A DNA stretch of 23,909 bases from Candidatus Krumholzibacteriales bacterium (GTDB lineage: Bacteria; Krumholzibacteriota; Krumholzibacteriia; Krumholzibacteriales; WJIX01). A program made the translations under genes and the position numbers. Numbering within the stretch: the stretch's first letter is position 1; the number at the start of each line of letters is the position of its first letter. The notes beneath the pieces are model-generated. The model saw only the letters and a list, made by a program, of their open reading frames with translations, was not told the DNA's origin and did not search any database. Where the stretch lies: the NCBI GenBank assembly GCA_046483305.1, contig JAWODM010000071.1, forward strand, positions 1 through 23,909, written 5' to 3'. Below, piece after piece: positions 9,369 through 19,043 of this stretch.

Positions 9369-10205
9369 GTGAAAAAAATGATGTTAGCAGCGGTATGCCT
9401 GTCTCTGGCCGCATGCGGCGGGCAGACCGGTACGCTTGAATCCGAGTGGTCGACTCCCGATACTCTCAAGACACCTGAATCGATCAAATTCGATCCCGAC
9501 AGAGGCCATATCTATGTGTCGAATATCAACGGCAAATCAACAGATAAGGATAACAACGGTTTCATCAGCAGGCTGAGCCTGGACGGCGAGATCATAGACC
9601 TTAAATGGCTGGAGGGCCTCAGCGCCCCCAAGGGTATGGCGATTGTGGGAAACCGCCTTTATGTTACGGACATCAATCAGCTTGTCGAGGCAGATCTGGA
9701 AAAGGGCGAAATAACCAGACGGTACGATGCGGAAGGATCTGAATTTCTGAATGATGCCGCCGCGGACGATTCCGGCAATGTCTATGTCTCGGATATGTCG
9801 GCCGACATTATCTATAAACTGGAAAAAGGCGTTATGACGGCCTGGCTCAGGGAGGACTGGCTTGATCATCCCAACGGCCTCTTTTTCAGTGACGGAAGGC
9901 TGTATATCGGGTGTTCAGGCTTTATCAGGGCGGTGGATACCGCCACCGGAGAAACTGCGGAGACGATCGATACCGGGTTCAGCATAGACGGCCTGGTTCC
10001 TGACGGAAAAGGAGGATTCATCGCCTCCGACTGGAGCGGGAAGACTGTCCGGATAGACCGGGAGGGCAACCAGGAAGTCATCCTGGATACCTCTTCGGAA
10101 GGGGTTAACTCCGCGGATATAGAGTATATCGCGCAGATGTCCCTTCTGATAATCCCCACCTTCGGGGATAACCGGGCGGTGGCCTATAAACTCGGGGATA
10201 AATAG
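9369..10205 (+). CDS. Lipoprotein, SMP-30/gluconolactonase-like beta-propeller (often annotated 'periplasmic ATP/GTP-binding protein')
   Basis: GTG at 9369 after AAAGGAGG. Lipobox LAAC; motifs PES, YVSNING...KDNNGFIS, APKGM, FLND, PNGL and IDGL. Confidence 0.85.
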   Translation: MKKMMLAAVCLSLAACGGQTGTLESEWSTPDTLKTPESIKFDPDRGHIYVSNINGKSTDKDNNGFISRLSLDGEIIDLKWLEGLSAPKGMAIVGNRLYVTDINQLVEADLEKGEITRRYDAEGSEFLNDAAADDSGNVYVSDMSADIIYKLEKGVMTAWLREDWLDHPNGLFFSDGRLYIGCSGFIRAVDTATGETAETIDTGFSIDGLVPDGKGGFIASDWSGKTVRIDREGNQEVILDTSSEGVNSADIEYIAQMSLLIIPTFGDNRAVAYKLGDK

Positions 10206-10222
10206 ACAGCGTTGAGGTCTGC

Positions 10223-11815
10223 ATGGAAGAATTAAACAAACAGCCGGAGCAGGGGAGGGTTGACCTTTCCACCGCCAGGGTCATGTCCGAGACTTTCTTC
10301 ATTTCAGCGTCCCGGATAATCATCATGGTCCTCAAGCCGATCAGGGCTTTCTTCCTGGGAAGGTACCTGGGGCCGGCCCTTTACGGGATCATGAATATCG
10401 CCGCTCCCTATATTCAGATCCTGACCCTTTCCTCAAACATAGGTTTCAGCTATGTCCTGATGAGGGATATTCCGGCGGAGATTCACAGCGGAAACCGGGA
10501 CCGGGCCAGGGCGATATTCCACTCCGCGGAGTTTCTGGTCATAGCCCTGAGCTCTCTCTGGTACATACTGCTGTTCATATTCTCCAGGCCGATACTGGAG
10601 CACTGGGCTCACCAGCCGGACGCTCTGGTAGTGTTCAGGGTTTATACCCTGATGATACCGTTCCTGGCGATCAATACCTTCTATTTTGCCGTTTTCATCG
10701 CATTCCAGCGGGGGAAACAGAGGGCCAAGATATTCCTGTTCTACGGCCTGCTCAGTATCATATTCCCGATTGCGGCGGTTATATGGAAGAGAAATGTAGC
10801 CCTGGTGGCGGGAGGATTCGTGGCTGCCGAGCTGATCGGAAGCGTGGTTTTCACCGTGGTGTTCAGGTCCAGGGTGATTCCCGCCTTCAGGAAGCTCAGC
10901 GGGTACTTTTCCACCGGTATAAAGAAACTCTTCAGCAGGGGGATATTCTTCTTCTTTACCTCACTGGGCTGGAACCTTCTCAACTCCCTGGACAGGATTC
11001 TGATAAAGTTCTACCTGCCCGCCAGGGAGCTGGGTTACTATTCCATAAGCATCCTCTTCATTACCGTCCTGGCAGCCTTCTCGTCGACTCTTGGGCAGGC
11101 CCTGATACCTTCTCTTACCGCGGTGCGGGGGGAAAGAGACGAGAAAGCTTTCAGAAAACAGATCATCAACACCAGCAGAATAGGTTTTATTATCATTATA
11201 CCGGTGGTGGTGATGACCTATATTCTGGCTGAGGATCTGATAATGGTTCTTATCCCATCCTTCGCGCCGGCGGTGATTCTGGTTCAGATACTGATATTCA
11301 TCGGGATATTTGACCTGATAAACCATGTGGCCAAGGCATCCATAGTGGCCTGCGACAGGGGAGGGTGGCTGGCCGCCACGTATATATTCTGCGCCGGATG
11401 GAACGTTGTATGGAATATAGTCCTGATTCCGAGGATGGGCCTGGAGGGCGCGGCGGTTGCCTCTCTGTCAAGTTACGTGATTCTGGCATCGGCGCTTCAC
11501 ATTCTGATGACCCGGTTTTCCGGAGTAAAGCTGAAGCTGCCCCATCTGATAATGCCGCTGATCTTCTCCCTGGTATACGTGCTGCTCGAGTGGGCGCTCC
11601 CGGATATGGGCCATCTGCCCGACCTGCTGATAGTAGCGTCAGGAGGAACCGCTCTATATCTGCTGCTGCTGATTGCGGGAGGTATGATCACCTCCGGCGA
11701 TATCTCCAGAAGCAGGGAGGCGATCATCAGAAGGAAGGAAACCCGGCACGTGCGCATAGCGCTCAAGGCCCTATCCGCACTGGATATTATGATAAGAAAG
11801 TTCGGCAGGCGCTAG
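10223..11815 (+). CDS. Oligosaccharide flippase / polysaccharide biosynthesis membrane protein (Wzx-like, MOP superfamily)
   Basis: Many hydrophobic helices, with RYLGPALYG, DRILIKFYL...LGYYS and NIVLIPRMGLEGAAVA motifs. Confidence 0.88.
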   Translation: MEELNKQPEQGRVDLSTARVMSETFFISASRIIIMVLKPIRAFFLGRYLGPALYGIMNIAAPYIQILTLSSNIGFSYVLMRDIPAEIHSGNRDRARAIFHSAEFLVIALSSLWYILLFIFSRPILEHWAHQPDALVVFRVYTLMIPFLAINTFYFAVFIAFQRGKQRAKIFLFYGLLSIIFPIAAVIWKRNVALVAGGFVAAELIGSVVFTVVFRSRVIPAFRKLSGYFSTGIKKLFSRGIFFFFTSLGWNLLNSLDRILIKFYLPARELGYYSISILFITVLAAFSSTLGQALIPSLTAVRGERDEKAFRKQIINTSRIGFIIIIPVVVMTYILAEDLIMVLIPSFAPAVILVQILIFIGIFDLINHVAKASIVACDRGGWLAATYIFCAGWNVVWNIVLIPRMGLEGAAVASLSSYVILASALHILMTRFSGVKLKLPHLIMPLIFSLVYVLLEWALPDMGHLPDLLIVASGGTALYLLLLIAGGMITSGDISRSREAIIRRKETRHVRIALKALSALDIMIRKFGRR

Positions 11816-11841
11816 ATCGATCCCTCACGTTGCCGGATATA

Positions 11842-12810
11842 TTAATCTTTCTCTTCAACCAGCAGCTCCCCGGGATCTTTCATGATCTGGTTGGCCCTCC
11901 ACTCGGAGAGCAGGAATGGATAATCGCTCCCGGTGGATACCCCCGGGTACAGGTTATCGTCATTCTTCTCGAACAGCGAAACCGAATGGGCCTGATTGTT
12001 CAATTTGACTGTTATGGTATAAACAGGATCAGTCAGGTTTTTCTTTGATTTGCCCTCCAGGTAACCGGAGCATTTAAGGTTTGAGAGGGTCCTGAGGATG
12101 GATTTGATAGATTCAGCCTTGGCGGTCCTGCCGTCTCCGGTCATCCATTTGGCTTCCATCTGCTGGTTTTCGCTCTGCTGTTCTTCCTCTTCGGCTGGTT
12201 CTACCGGCAGGGGGACCATTTTTCTCTCCAGGACCAGTTCTTCTCCCTCCGCCGGGTTCATAACCAGCCCGGTCGCGGCGGTGGCCTCGAAGGTCAGCAC
12301 GACTTTATCCCTGAGGTCGTCAACAGATTTGTCAAACATCCTTCTGATGTTGTTCCTGACCTGATATACCCTGGGGTCTCCGGGAAGCATAATATAAGTA
12401 TGCCTTCTGGTGGAAGCGTTTTTTCCTATATAGAACTGCCTCAAGGCTTTATCCTGCTCGAACGCCCGTGCGTATATTCTCTCATCGGCGGTTAAACCGT
12501 ACCGCTTGTATGTTTCAGACTCCGAAACCAGGGTGGTGATGGTGAGGTCCTTGAGCTCATCCAGGATCTGATCCACTTCCTTGGAGTCCGCTTTGTATCT
12601 GGCGGGCATGATCTTCCATTTGCCGCTGCTTCTGGAAATGTTGATAGTGCTGTCACCTCTGGTTATAAGTATTTTATCCACATCCTCTTTCTGAATGGTT
12701 TTAAGTTCCGGAAGGGTGTAGTGAGTCCCATCGGTGTTCTTGAGAGCTATATACAGCGCCAGAGCAACTATTATTACCGCAAGAAAAATATATTCCTTCT
12801 TCATTTTCAT
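11842..12810 (-). CDS. DUF4340 domain-containing protein
   Basis: Start reassigned to MKMKKEYIFL (12810) after GGAGG. N-terminal anchor plus YKAD...V..IL, YGL, FYIGK and DLRDK motifs. Last gene of a Gld-like ABC operon, the usual context for this family. Confidence 0.8.
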   Translation of the reverse strand: MKMKKEYIFLAVIIVALALYIALKNTDGTHYTLPELKTIQKEDVDKILITRGDSTINISRSSGKWKIMPARYKADSKEVDQILDELKDLTITTLVSESETYKRYGLTADERIYARAFEQDKALRQFYIGKNASTRRHTYIMLPGDPRVYQVRNNIRRMFDKSVDDLRDKVVLTFEATAATGLVMNPAEGEELVLERKMVPLPVEPAEEEEQQSENQQMEAKWMTGDGRTAKAESIKSILRTLSNLKCSGYLEGKSKKNLTDPVYTITVKLNNQAHSVSLFEKNDDNLYPGVSTGSDYPFLLSEWRANQIMKDPGELLVEEKD

Positions 12811-12829
12811 CTCCGGTTTCCTCCCTGTT

Positions 12830-15022
12830 TTACTCCGTGAACATATTGTAGATCCGGCGTTTCCTGGCTTCACGCCTCATCCAGATGATTATCCCGCAGA
12901 TAATTACCAGCACCGGAAGCCCCGCAATATTGAAAGTCTTTATAAAAGTCTTTACCCCGGCAGAGCTGTCTTCCAGTGGGTTGAACCGCTGGGATTTGCT
13001 CCTCATCTGCGCATAACCGGTTCTGCCGTTGAGGTGATCGATCATGTTCATCACGAAGGTTGAGGTAGGGGCTTTGCCTTCCTGATCCAGAATACTGTTG
13101 GATAGTATCTCAGAGCTGCCGGCGGTGAATATTCCGGCCTTCCTGCTCTTCTGCAGGAACATCCGTTCGCCGCTGATTTGGCTCTGCTCGGTTTCATCTC
13201 CGGTGGTTTCGGCCTCACTTTCATCATCTTCTTCTTCCTCTTCCCGGGGCTTTTCCGGAATTTCCCTTCCCTGGAAATAGCTGGTGAATTCGCCTTCCAG
13301 CAGCACGCTGAGAGGGAACTGCCCGAGCTCTGATTGGTCCTGAGGCGGCCTGGTCATCATCGGGTTGAGATTTATCCGCTCGCTCATCTCCCAGGCCTGG
13401 TCCGAAGAAGAGAACAGTACATGGCCTTCCAGATTCTGGTTGGCGCTGAGCCTGTCTTCCATCAGGTAAACGGGGGATGTCTTCAGGGTGATGAGCCCCT
13501 TGATATTCTTCATGAAATCTATCTCACTGTTGATGTTCCGGTTCAATATCATTGGTGCGAAGTATACGTTCTGCTTGCCGCCCCCGTACATTTCGGGCAT
13601 CTTCTGTTCGTAACAGTTCCTGTCCAGAACGTATGATTTCTCTGTCTGAATCCCGTAATGATCAAGCAGCTTTTCCAGGCCGGTATTTACCGGCAGGTAG
13701 CTGGGCCCCCGGTTCTGGTTCATCATCTGCTGATTCTCCGGCATAAATTCGTTGAAAGGATCCAGGAACAGGGCCAGGCTCTTTCCTTTCATCAGGAACT
13801 GGTCAATCTGGAACAGTTCATAATCGGAGAAAGGCTCTCTGGGCCCCGCCATGATGAGGCAGTCAATGCCTTCCGGTATTCCCTCTTCCCTCAGGTTTAC
13901 CTGCGAGATCGAATAACTCTCAGAAACCAGACTGTTAAAGTTGCTCAGGGGGTTTTTCTGGGTCTGCTGGGGATTACCCATCAGCGGCGGTGTGCCGTGA
14001 TCTGCCAGGTATCCGATCTTCTTGTTGACATCAAGTATATCATCCACCGCTTCTTCTATCGCCGCGTCGATATTATCCAGGTCCGCCATCCGGTACTGAG
14101 TACCGAACAGGGGGACCCTGACTACATCTATAAGTTCTATTGTCTGATACTTGTCCCGGTTGGAAACCACTATTCCCAGAGCCCCGGCGCCTGCGGGTAT
14201 AACCGTTTCTCCTCCTTCATTCTTCATCTCTTTCCAGCGCAGCTTCATGATGTTGTACCGGTTCGTTTCCTCTTCGAAGGAGGGGGTGTTGTCGGGCGTT
14301 TTCAGCTGGTATTCCAGCCTGGAGTAGAACTTGTCGTTAAGTTCTTCCACCGCCTGGTCTATCTCTACCGGGATGCTGGCGAGGTTGTCTATATCTACCT
14401 GCGGAGCGATCTTCTCCAGAGAGGGCGAGTAATATAGCTTCACCTTTATCTGTTCGTCCAGGTTGAGCAGGGCTGAGATCTTGCTGTTCATCTTTTCAAT
14501 TTTTGAGGTGATGTCGTACTCAATCCCCTCGGTGGTGGATATGGAAGGAATCTTGTCTATGACGTCGCCATGAATCATGGCAAGACCCATATAAGCTTTC
14601 TTGAACTGAACCTCGTCCTGCTCGATATTCCTCACCTGTACCGGGTAGATACCGTAGCTGTGAGCAAGTTCCTGGTTCCTTCTGGCCTCGTCTTCTATGT
14701 CCCCCTGTTTCGGGCTGACGTTATAGAATTTGTAGTTGAAGTAATCGTTTGAATTTATGGAATATTCCTCCAGGAGGTCTCTCAGGTAACGCTCGGTGTT
14801 GTTGTGCGGAGCGGGAAGGTCCTCGGTAAAGAAAACCTTGATGGTAAGAGGCTCCGAAAGGGTGGAGACCACCTCCTTGCTTACCTCCGAAAGCGAATAT
14901 ATATTGTCGCTGGTCAGGTCCGCTCTGAAAAACAGGGTCACCCCCGCGATATTAATCAGAATTACGATCACAACGTAAACGGCGAATTTGTAGTATTTAC
15001 CTTTTCGTGATATTCTTTCCAT
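12830..15022 (-). CDS. GldG-family ABC transporter auxiliary component
   Basis: Start reassigned to MERISRKG (15022). RADLTSDNIYSLS, KKIGYLADHG, LIMAGP and IDQFLMKG motifs; N- and C-terminal TM helices. Confidence 0.88.
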   Translation of the reverse strand: MERISRKGKYYKFAVYVVIVILINIAGVTLFFRADLTSDNIYSLSEVSKEVVSTLSEPLTIKVFFTEDLPAPHNNTERYLRDLLEEYSINSNDYFNYKFYNVSPKQGDIEDEARRNQELAHSYGIYPVQVRNIEQDEVQFKKAYMGLAMIHGDVIDKIPSISTTEGIEYDITSKIEKMNSKISALLNLDEQIKVKLYYSPSLEKIAPQVDIDNLASIPVEIDQAVEELNDKFYSRLEYQLKTPDNTPSFEEETNRYNIMKLRWKEMKNEGGETVIPAGAGALGIVVSNRDKYQTIELIDVVRVPLFGTQYRMADLDNIDAAIEEAVDDILDVNKKIGYLADHGTPPLMGNPQQTQKNPLSNFNSLVSESYSISQVNLREEGIPEGIDCLIMAGPREPFSDYELFQIDQFLMKGKSLALFLDPFNEFMPENQQMMNQNRGPSYLPVNTGLEKLLDHYGIQTEKSYVLDRNCYEQKMPEMYGGGKQNVYFAPMILNRNINSEIDFMKNIKGLITLKTSPVYLMEDRLSANQNLEGHVLFSSSDQAWEMSERINLNPMMTRPPQDQSELGQFPLSVLLEGEFTSYFQGREIPEKPREEEEEDDESEAETTGDETEQSQISGERMFLQKSRKAGIFTAGSSEILSNSILDQEGKAPTSTFVMNMIDHLNGRTGYAQMRSKSQRFNPLEDSSAGVKTFIKTFNIAGLPVLVIICGIIIWMRREARKRRIYNMFTE

Positions 15023-15035
15023 CTTATTTCTCCCT

Positions 15036-15749
15036 CTATTTCTTTTCCTGCATGACCAGGTATGCCGCGTAAAGGGCCACAAAAGTAAAACTCAGAAAGT
15101 AAATGATATCCCTGGAATCTATAACTCCCTTGGCGATATTCCTGAAGTGGTAACTCGCTCCCAGTTCCTGAAATATATTGAGCATCGATTCGGGCAGGAA
15201 GAAGAGCAGGCTGTCTATCAGGGTCAGTGCGAAACATATCACGGTTGCTGTAATAAAGGCTATTATCTGATTCTTGGTCAGGCTGGTAGCGAATATCCCT
15301 ATCGAGATGAACATCCCTCCCAGCAGGATCGATCCGATGTAACCCCCGATTACCGGGCCAGGGTCCAGGTCGCCGATAAAGGCTATGGATACGGCGTAGA
15401 ACAGGGTGGGGACCATCATGATGATCAGGAAGGAAAGCGCGGCCATGAATTTGCCGGCTATGATCTCCCTGGTGGTCACCGGAAGGGTCAGCAGCACTTC
15501 ATAGCTCCCCGTGTTCAGTTCCTCGGAGAATAACCTCATGGTTATAGCCGGAATGATGAATGAAAAGGTGATAGGCAGCAGGGCAAAAAACTGCCTCAGC
15601 TCCGCCTGGTTGTAAAGAAAGAATGTGGAGAAGAAGAACCAGCCGGTTACCACCAGAAATATCGATATTACGATATATGCGATAGGGGAAATGAAGTAGA
15701 CTTTGAATTCCTTATTGAAAATTCTGGTAGCGCTCTGAAAGTTGAGCAT
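15036..15749 (-). CDS. ABC-2 type permease (GldF-like)
   Basis: KEFKVYFISPIAY, PAITMRLFSEE..TG..E.LLTLP, SLTKNQIIAF and GVIDSRDIIYF motifs. RBS AGGAGG. Confidence 0.92.
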   Translation of the reverse strand: MLNFQSATRIFNKEFKVYFISPIAYIVISIFLVVTGWFFFSTFFLYNQAELRQFFALLPITFSFIIPAITMRLFSEELNTGSYEVLLTLPVTTREIIAGKFMAALSFLIIMMVPTLFYAVSIAFIGDLDPGPVIGGYIGSILLGGMFISIGIFATSLTKNQIIAFITATVICFALTLIDSLLFFLPESMLNIFQELGASYHFRNIAKGVIDSRDIIYFLSFTFVALYAAYLVMQEKK

Positions 15750-15775
15750 CCTGTCCTCCTTGCTTGATATATTTA

Positions 15776-16717
15776 TTACAGATTGGGATTATCTTTGGTC
15801 AATTCGCCGAAGATCCTCTCCAGGGATTTGACGTCTCTGGTCATCTCCAGCAGTATCCAGTCCTGCCGCTTTATCCGGCTGTATATCTCCTCACGGATAT
15901 CACGCCCGGTCTTGCAGGTGATCGCTGCCAGGGTCAGGCCGTTATTCGCGCTCACATCGATGCCGCCGATGCCCTCTATTCCGCCCAGTTCGTTTCTGAG
16001 GTCCCCGGCCGGGGTTTCCTTAAGAACCAGGTTGACCAGGTACTCCGATTCGGTCGATTCTCTGAGCTCGTCAGTGCTGCCGTCGGCCACGATTTTACCC
16101 TTATGTATTATCACCACCCGGTCGCAGGAGGCCTCCACCTCGCTGAGTATGTGAGTTGAAAGTATTACCGTCTTCTCTTTGCCGATTTTTTTGATGATAT
16201 CCCGGATCTCCACGATCTGATTGGGGTCCAGTCCGGTAGTCGGTTCGTCCAGTACCAGTATTTCGGGATCGCCCATCATGGCATGCGCAAGCCCGACCCT
16301 CTGTTTATATCCCTTGGAAAGCTCGTGAACGGGACGGTGCATGACTTCGCGCAGGCCGCAGGTATCTGACAGCCTCTCAATATGACCGAACCTTTCCGCG
16401 GGGGGGATGTTCCTCATCCCGGCAACATAGTCCAGGTAATCAAACACAATCATGTTCTCGTAAAGGGGAGCCGATTCGGGGAGGTATCCAATCATTTTCT
16501 TTATTTTCAGAAGGTCCTTGTCAATGGATAGCCCTTTGGCGGTGATATTACCGGAGGTGGGGTTGAGGTATCCTGTTAGTATACGCAATGAGGTCGTTTT
16601 CCCGGCTCCGTTCGGACCCAGCAGCCCCAGGATCTGTCCTCTCTCGATAGTCAGATTAATATGATCCAGGGCGCAGAGGTCTCCGTAGTATTTGGTGACA
16701 TCCTTGAATTCAATCAT
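15776..16717 (-). CDS. ABC transporter ATP-binding protein (GldA-like)
   Basis: Walker A GPNGAGKTT, signature LSKGYKQRV, Walker B ILVLDEPT and H-loop LSTH. RBS AAAGGAG. Confidence 0.95.
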   Translation of the reverse strand: MIEFKDVTKYYGDLCALDHINLTIERGQILGLLGPNGAGKTTSLRILTGYLNPTSGNITAKGLSIDKDLLKIKKMIGYLPESAPLYENMIVFDYLDYVAGMRNIPPAERFGHIERLSDTCGLREVMHRPVHELSKGYKQRVGLAHAMMGDPEILVLDEPTTGLDPNQIVEIRDIIKKIGKEKTVILSTHILSEVEASCDRVVIIHKGKIVADGSTDELRESTESEYLVNLVLKETPAGDLRNELGGIEGIGGIDVSANNGLTLAAITCKTGRDIREEIYSRIKRQDWILLEMTRDVKSLERIFGELTKDNPNL

Positions 16718-16813
16718 ATGTTACTCCTTTGATATTGTATAAATAGAATTTAATCCTTGAGTCAGTATCCCGCCGGAATGGCGGCGGTCTTTATCATCCT
16801 TTTTGTAGTAATT

Positions 16814-16842
16814 AAAATAAGGATGGTTCCATGTTTTGTCAA
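16814..16842 (-). promoter_or_regulatory. Sigma70-type promoter for the ABC operon
   Basis: Minus strand TTGACA-17 nt-TATTTT, about 100 nt upstream of the ATPase start. Confidence 0.55.
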
Positions 16843-16994
16843 AAATTTTTTTACCCGGATTACGGCTGCTGCAACCCGCTGAAATATATATATGAACATG
16901 GCCTGCCGGAGCGTTTCCTGAATGGCATTGCAAGCGGGAGCTACGGCAGGCGGTCTGGCAAAAGCCTTTCCGCTAAATAAATAATATCCCGTAA

Positions 16995-17444
16995 TCAGTC
17001 TTCCCGCACCGAAAGGACCGGATTCCCGGAGTGGCGGATCACCTTCTCGGCCACTGAACCGAACAGCATTTCCTTGAAAGAGGAATGTCCCCGGGAGGAT
17101 ATGACCGTCAGGTCGACACCCTCTTTTTCGGCTATTCTTATGATCTGATCCGCCGGGTCGCCCCTGAGGATCATCGGTTTCACTTTTATCTCGCCGGGAA
17201 CTCTCTTTTCGGCAACCTCCTTTATATGTTTCTCGCTGGTTTTCAGGAGATGGTCCTCATAAGAGCTCACATCGAAGGCCATGGCCGTTTCGGGTCCAGC
17301 CATGGTGGTCGGAACCGGAGCCACCACATGAACCAGGATCAGCTCAGCCGCGAAATGATCCGCGTAACCGCAGGCTATTTCCAGCGCCTTATAGGAGCCC
17401 TCACTGAAATCGGTAGGGCACAGGATTCTCTTCACTTTCAGCAT
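16995..17444 (-). CDS. Universal stress protein (USP family)
   Basis: Start reassigned to MLKVKRILCPTDFS (17444) after AGGAGGG. LVHV, GDPADQI and SRG.....LFGSVAEKVIRHS..PVL motifs. Confidence 0.95.
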   Translation of the reverse strand: MLKVKRILCPTDFSEGSYKALEIACGYADHFAAELILVHVVAPVPTTMAGPETAMAFDVSSYEDHLLKTSEKHIKEVAEKRVPGEIKVKPMILRGDPADQIIRIAEKEGVDLTVISSRGHSSFKEMLFGSVAEKVIRHSGNPVLSVRED

Positions 17445-17497
17445 GTTTCCCTCCTGCTTAAGATTCCCAGAATGATAACCATATTGCACGGTTACAG

Positions 17498-17525
17498 GTT
17501 ATAACATCAATGGCTGCGCTGTCAA
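17498..17525 (-). promoter_or_regulatory. Sigma70-type promoter for usp
   Basis: Minus strand TTGACA-16 nt-TATAAC with an extended -10 TG. Confidence 0.5.
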
Positions 17526-17813
17526 TCCGTTTTGACACAAATTTTACAAACTCAGCCGCCTGGCTGTTACTTATGAAATATCTCCCGGGAAGTTTGAAGG
17601 AGATACGAATATCCTGCGGAAGTGTCTATCCGGAACTCATATCTATTCACTGATTTCCGGATAAAGCCGGGAAAACGGCTTATCCTGAATGTTCTTCACC
17701 CCCGGAAAACATTCCGCCGGGGGCATGAAATATGCGTTAACTGGTTGAGGTTTGTCCGAGGCAGGCCGGGGACTTTTGCTCTGAGGCGGCACAGGAGCGA
17801 ATAAAGGAAAGGG

Positions 17814-19043
17814 GTGGAAACATTGGGTAACAGAGAGAAGGTATGGGTAATACGCCCAACGCGGAAGAGTTCCGGCTCAAGGGAAAACTCCGGGGGTATC
17901 GATGCATCCCGGATAGGCAATTTGCCCGATGAGCAAGGGGATCAAAAACCCCGGATGAGCAGCGGAGAAAAAAGTTACAGCAGGCCTGTTTCCTTATTTA
18001 TGGCCATGGCCAGCTATTTTCTGGGACCCTTTACCATCCTTGCGTCAAAGACCGGCAGAGAAAACAGCTTCTGGGTATTCATGTCCGCATTTTCGGGTCT
18101 GCTCCTGGCCCTGTTTCTGATAGGCCTTTCCGGAAAGGTTATTCCCCGGGAGAGTTCCTCCCGGTTGGTGATGGCCTGGATATTATCAGGCCTGGCAGGG
18201 GTTCTGATAGGATCGGTGGCCTGGTCAAGGGGACTGGTCCTTGCCGCCAGAAAGAACCGGGCCGCCCTTAAATCAATGCCCCATTTTCTCAGAAAGCCCC
18301 TGGGAAACGGTATTCTGGGAATGATTTTCCCCGGATTGGGGCTTTATCTGACCAGGCACAGGGCGCGGGCCGCCGCCGCGGTCTGGTCCTTAACCGCGGT
18401 TGCTTTATCAGCGATAGTTCTGCATAACAGAAATTGGCTCTGGATGTGGCAGAAAACCGCAGGCCACACTGACTCGCTTCCCCGGGCCGTTGAATATCTG
18501 TTTATCTCGGCAGCTGCCGCCGGGCTTCTGGGAATGATTCTATGGATTTTCCAGGCGCTTGACGGCGCCCGCCTGGCTGATAAAGGTAAACAGGCCCCGC
18601 GAAGAGCCGGCGGGGATCTTGCGGCGGTCACATTGATTATCGCCATTATAGCGTTCAGCTGTATGTTCCAGAGAGAAAGCGTGGCCCGTTTTCTGGATGA
18701 CAGGGGATCGGACATGCTGAAGAAAGGGTACCGCGTGATCCCGCTGGGGATGGCCTCGGCGGCGGGCAGGCTGGATCCATCGCGGCCTGAATATTCAGTC
18801 CGGGTGATGGAGATACACCGGGAAATGGGAAACAGCGAGACAGCCGCATCCATAAGGGCGGAGCTTGTCAAAAGGTTGATTCCATGCTCGGAATTTATTC
18901 ACCAGAGCGGGCTGGTGAGAATGAATCAGGTGGGAACCGGCGGCGAAACGGATACCGGCCCGGGCGGGATAACTCAAGGCGGGGAAGAATCGGTTCTGGC
19001 AGGACCCGATTTTGTCCGGAACATCGGATTGCCGCCTATCTGA
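17814..19043 (+). CDS. Hypothetical multi-pass membrane protein
   Basis: 409-aa ORF after a purine-rich RBS-like tract. About 6-7 hydrophobic segments, IFPGLGLY motif and a helical C-terminus. Start uncertain. Confidence 0.75.
   Translation: METLGNREKVWVIRPTRKSSGSRENSGGIDASRIGNLPDEQGDQKPRMSSGEKSYSRPVSLFMAMASYFLGPFTILASKTGRENSFWVFMSAFSGLLLALFLIGLSGKVIPRESSSRLVMAWILSGLAGVLIGSVAWSRGLVLAARKNRAALKSMPHFLRKPLGNGILGMIFPGLGLYLTRHRARAAAAVWSLTAVALSAIVLHNRNWLWMWQKTAGHTDSLPRAVEYLFISAAAAGLLGMILWIFQALDGARLADKGKQAPRRAGGDLAAVTLIIAIIAFSCMFQRESVARFLDDRGSDMLKKGYRVIPLGMASAAGRLDPSRPEYSVRVMEIHREMGNSETAASIRAELVKRLIPCSEFIHQSGLVRMNQVGTGGETDTGPGGITQGGEESVLAGPDFVRNIGLPPI

Noticed and set aside
13185..13250. TCT/TCA triplet run
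   Set aside because: Encodes the acidic linker EEEEEDDESEAE of the GldG-like protein; not an independent repeat.
17622..17649. GTGTCTA...ATTCA as a possible IS3 right IR pairing with 1315
   Set aside because: Lacks the GGGG block and spacing needed to complement the left end; no transposase remnant adjacent.
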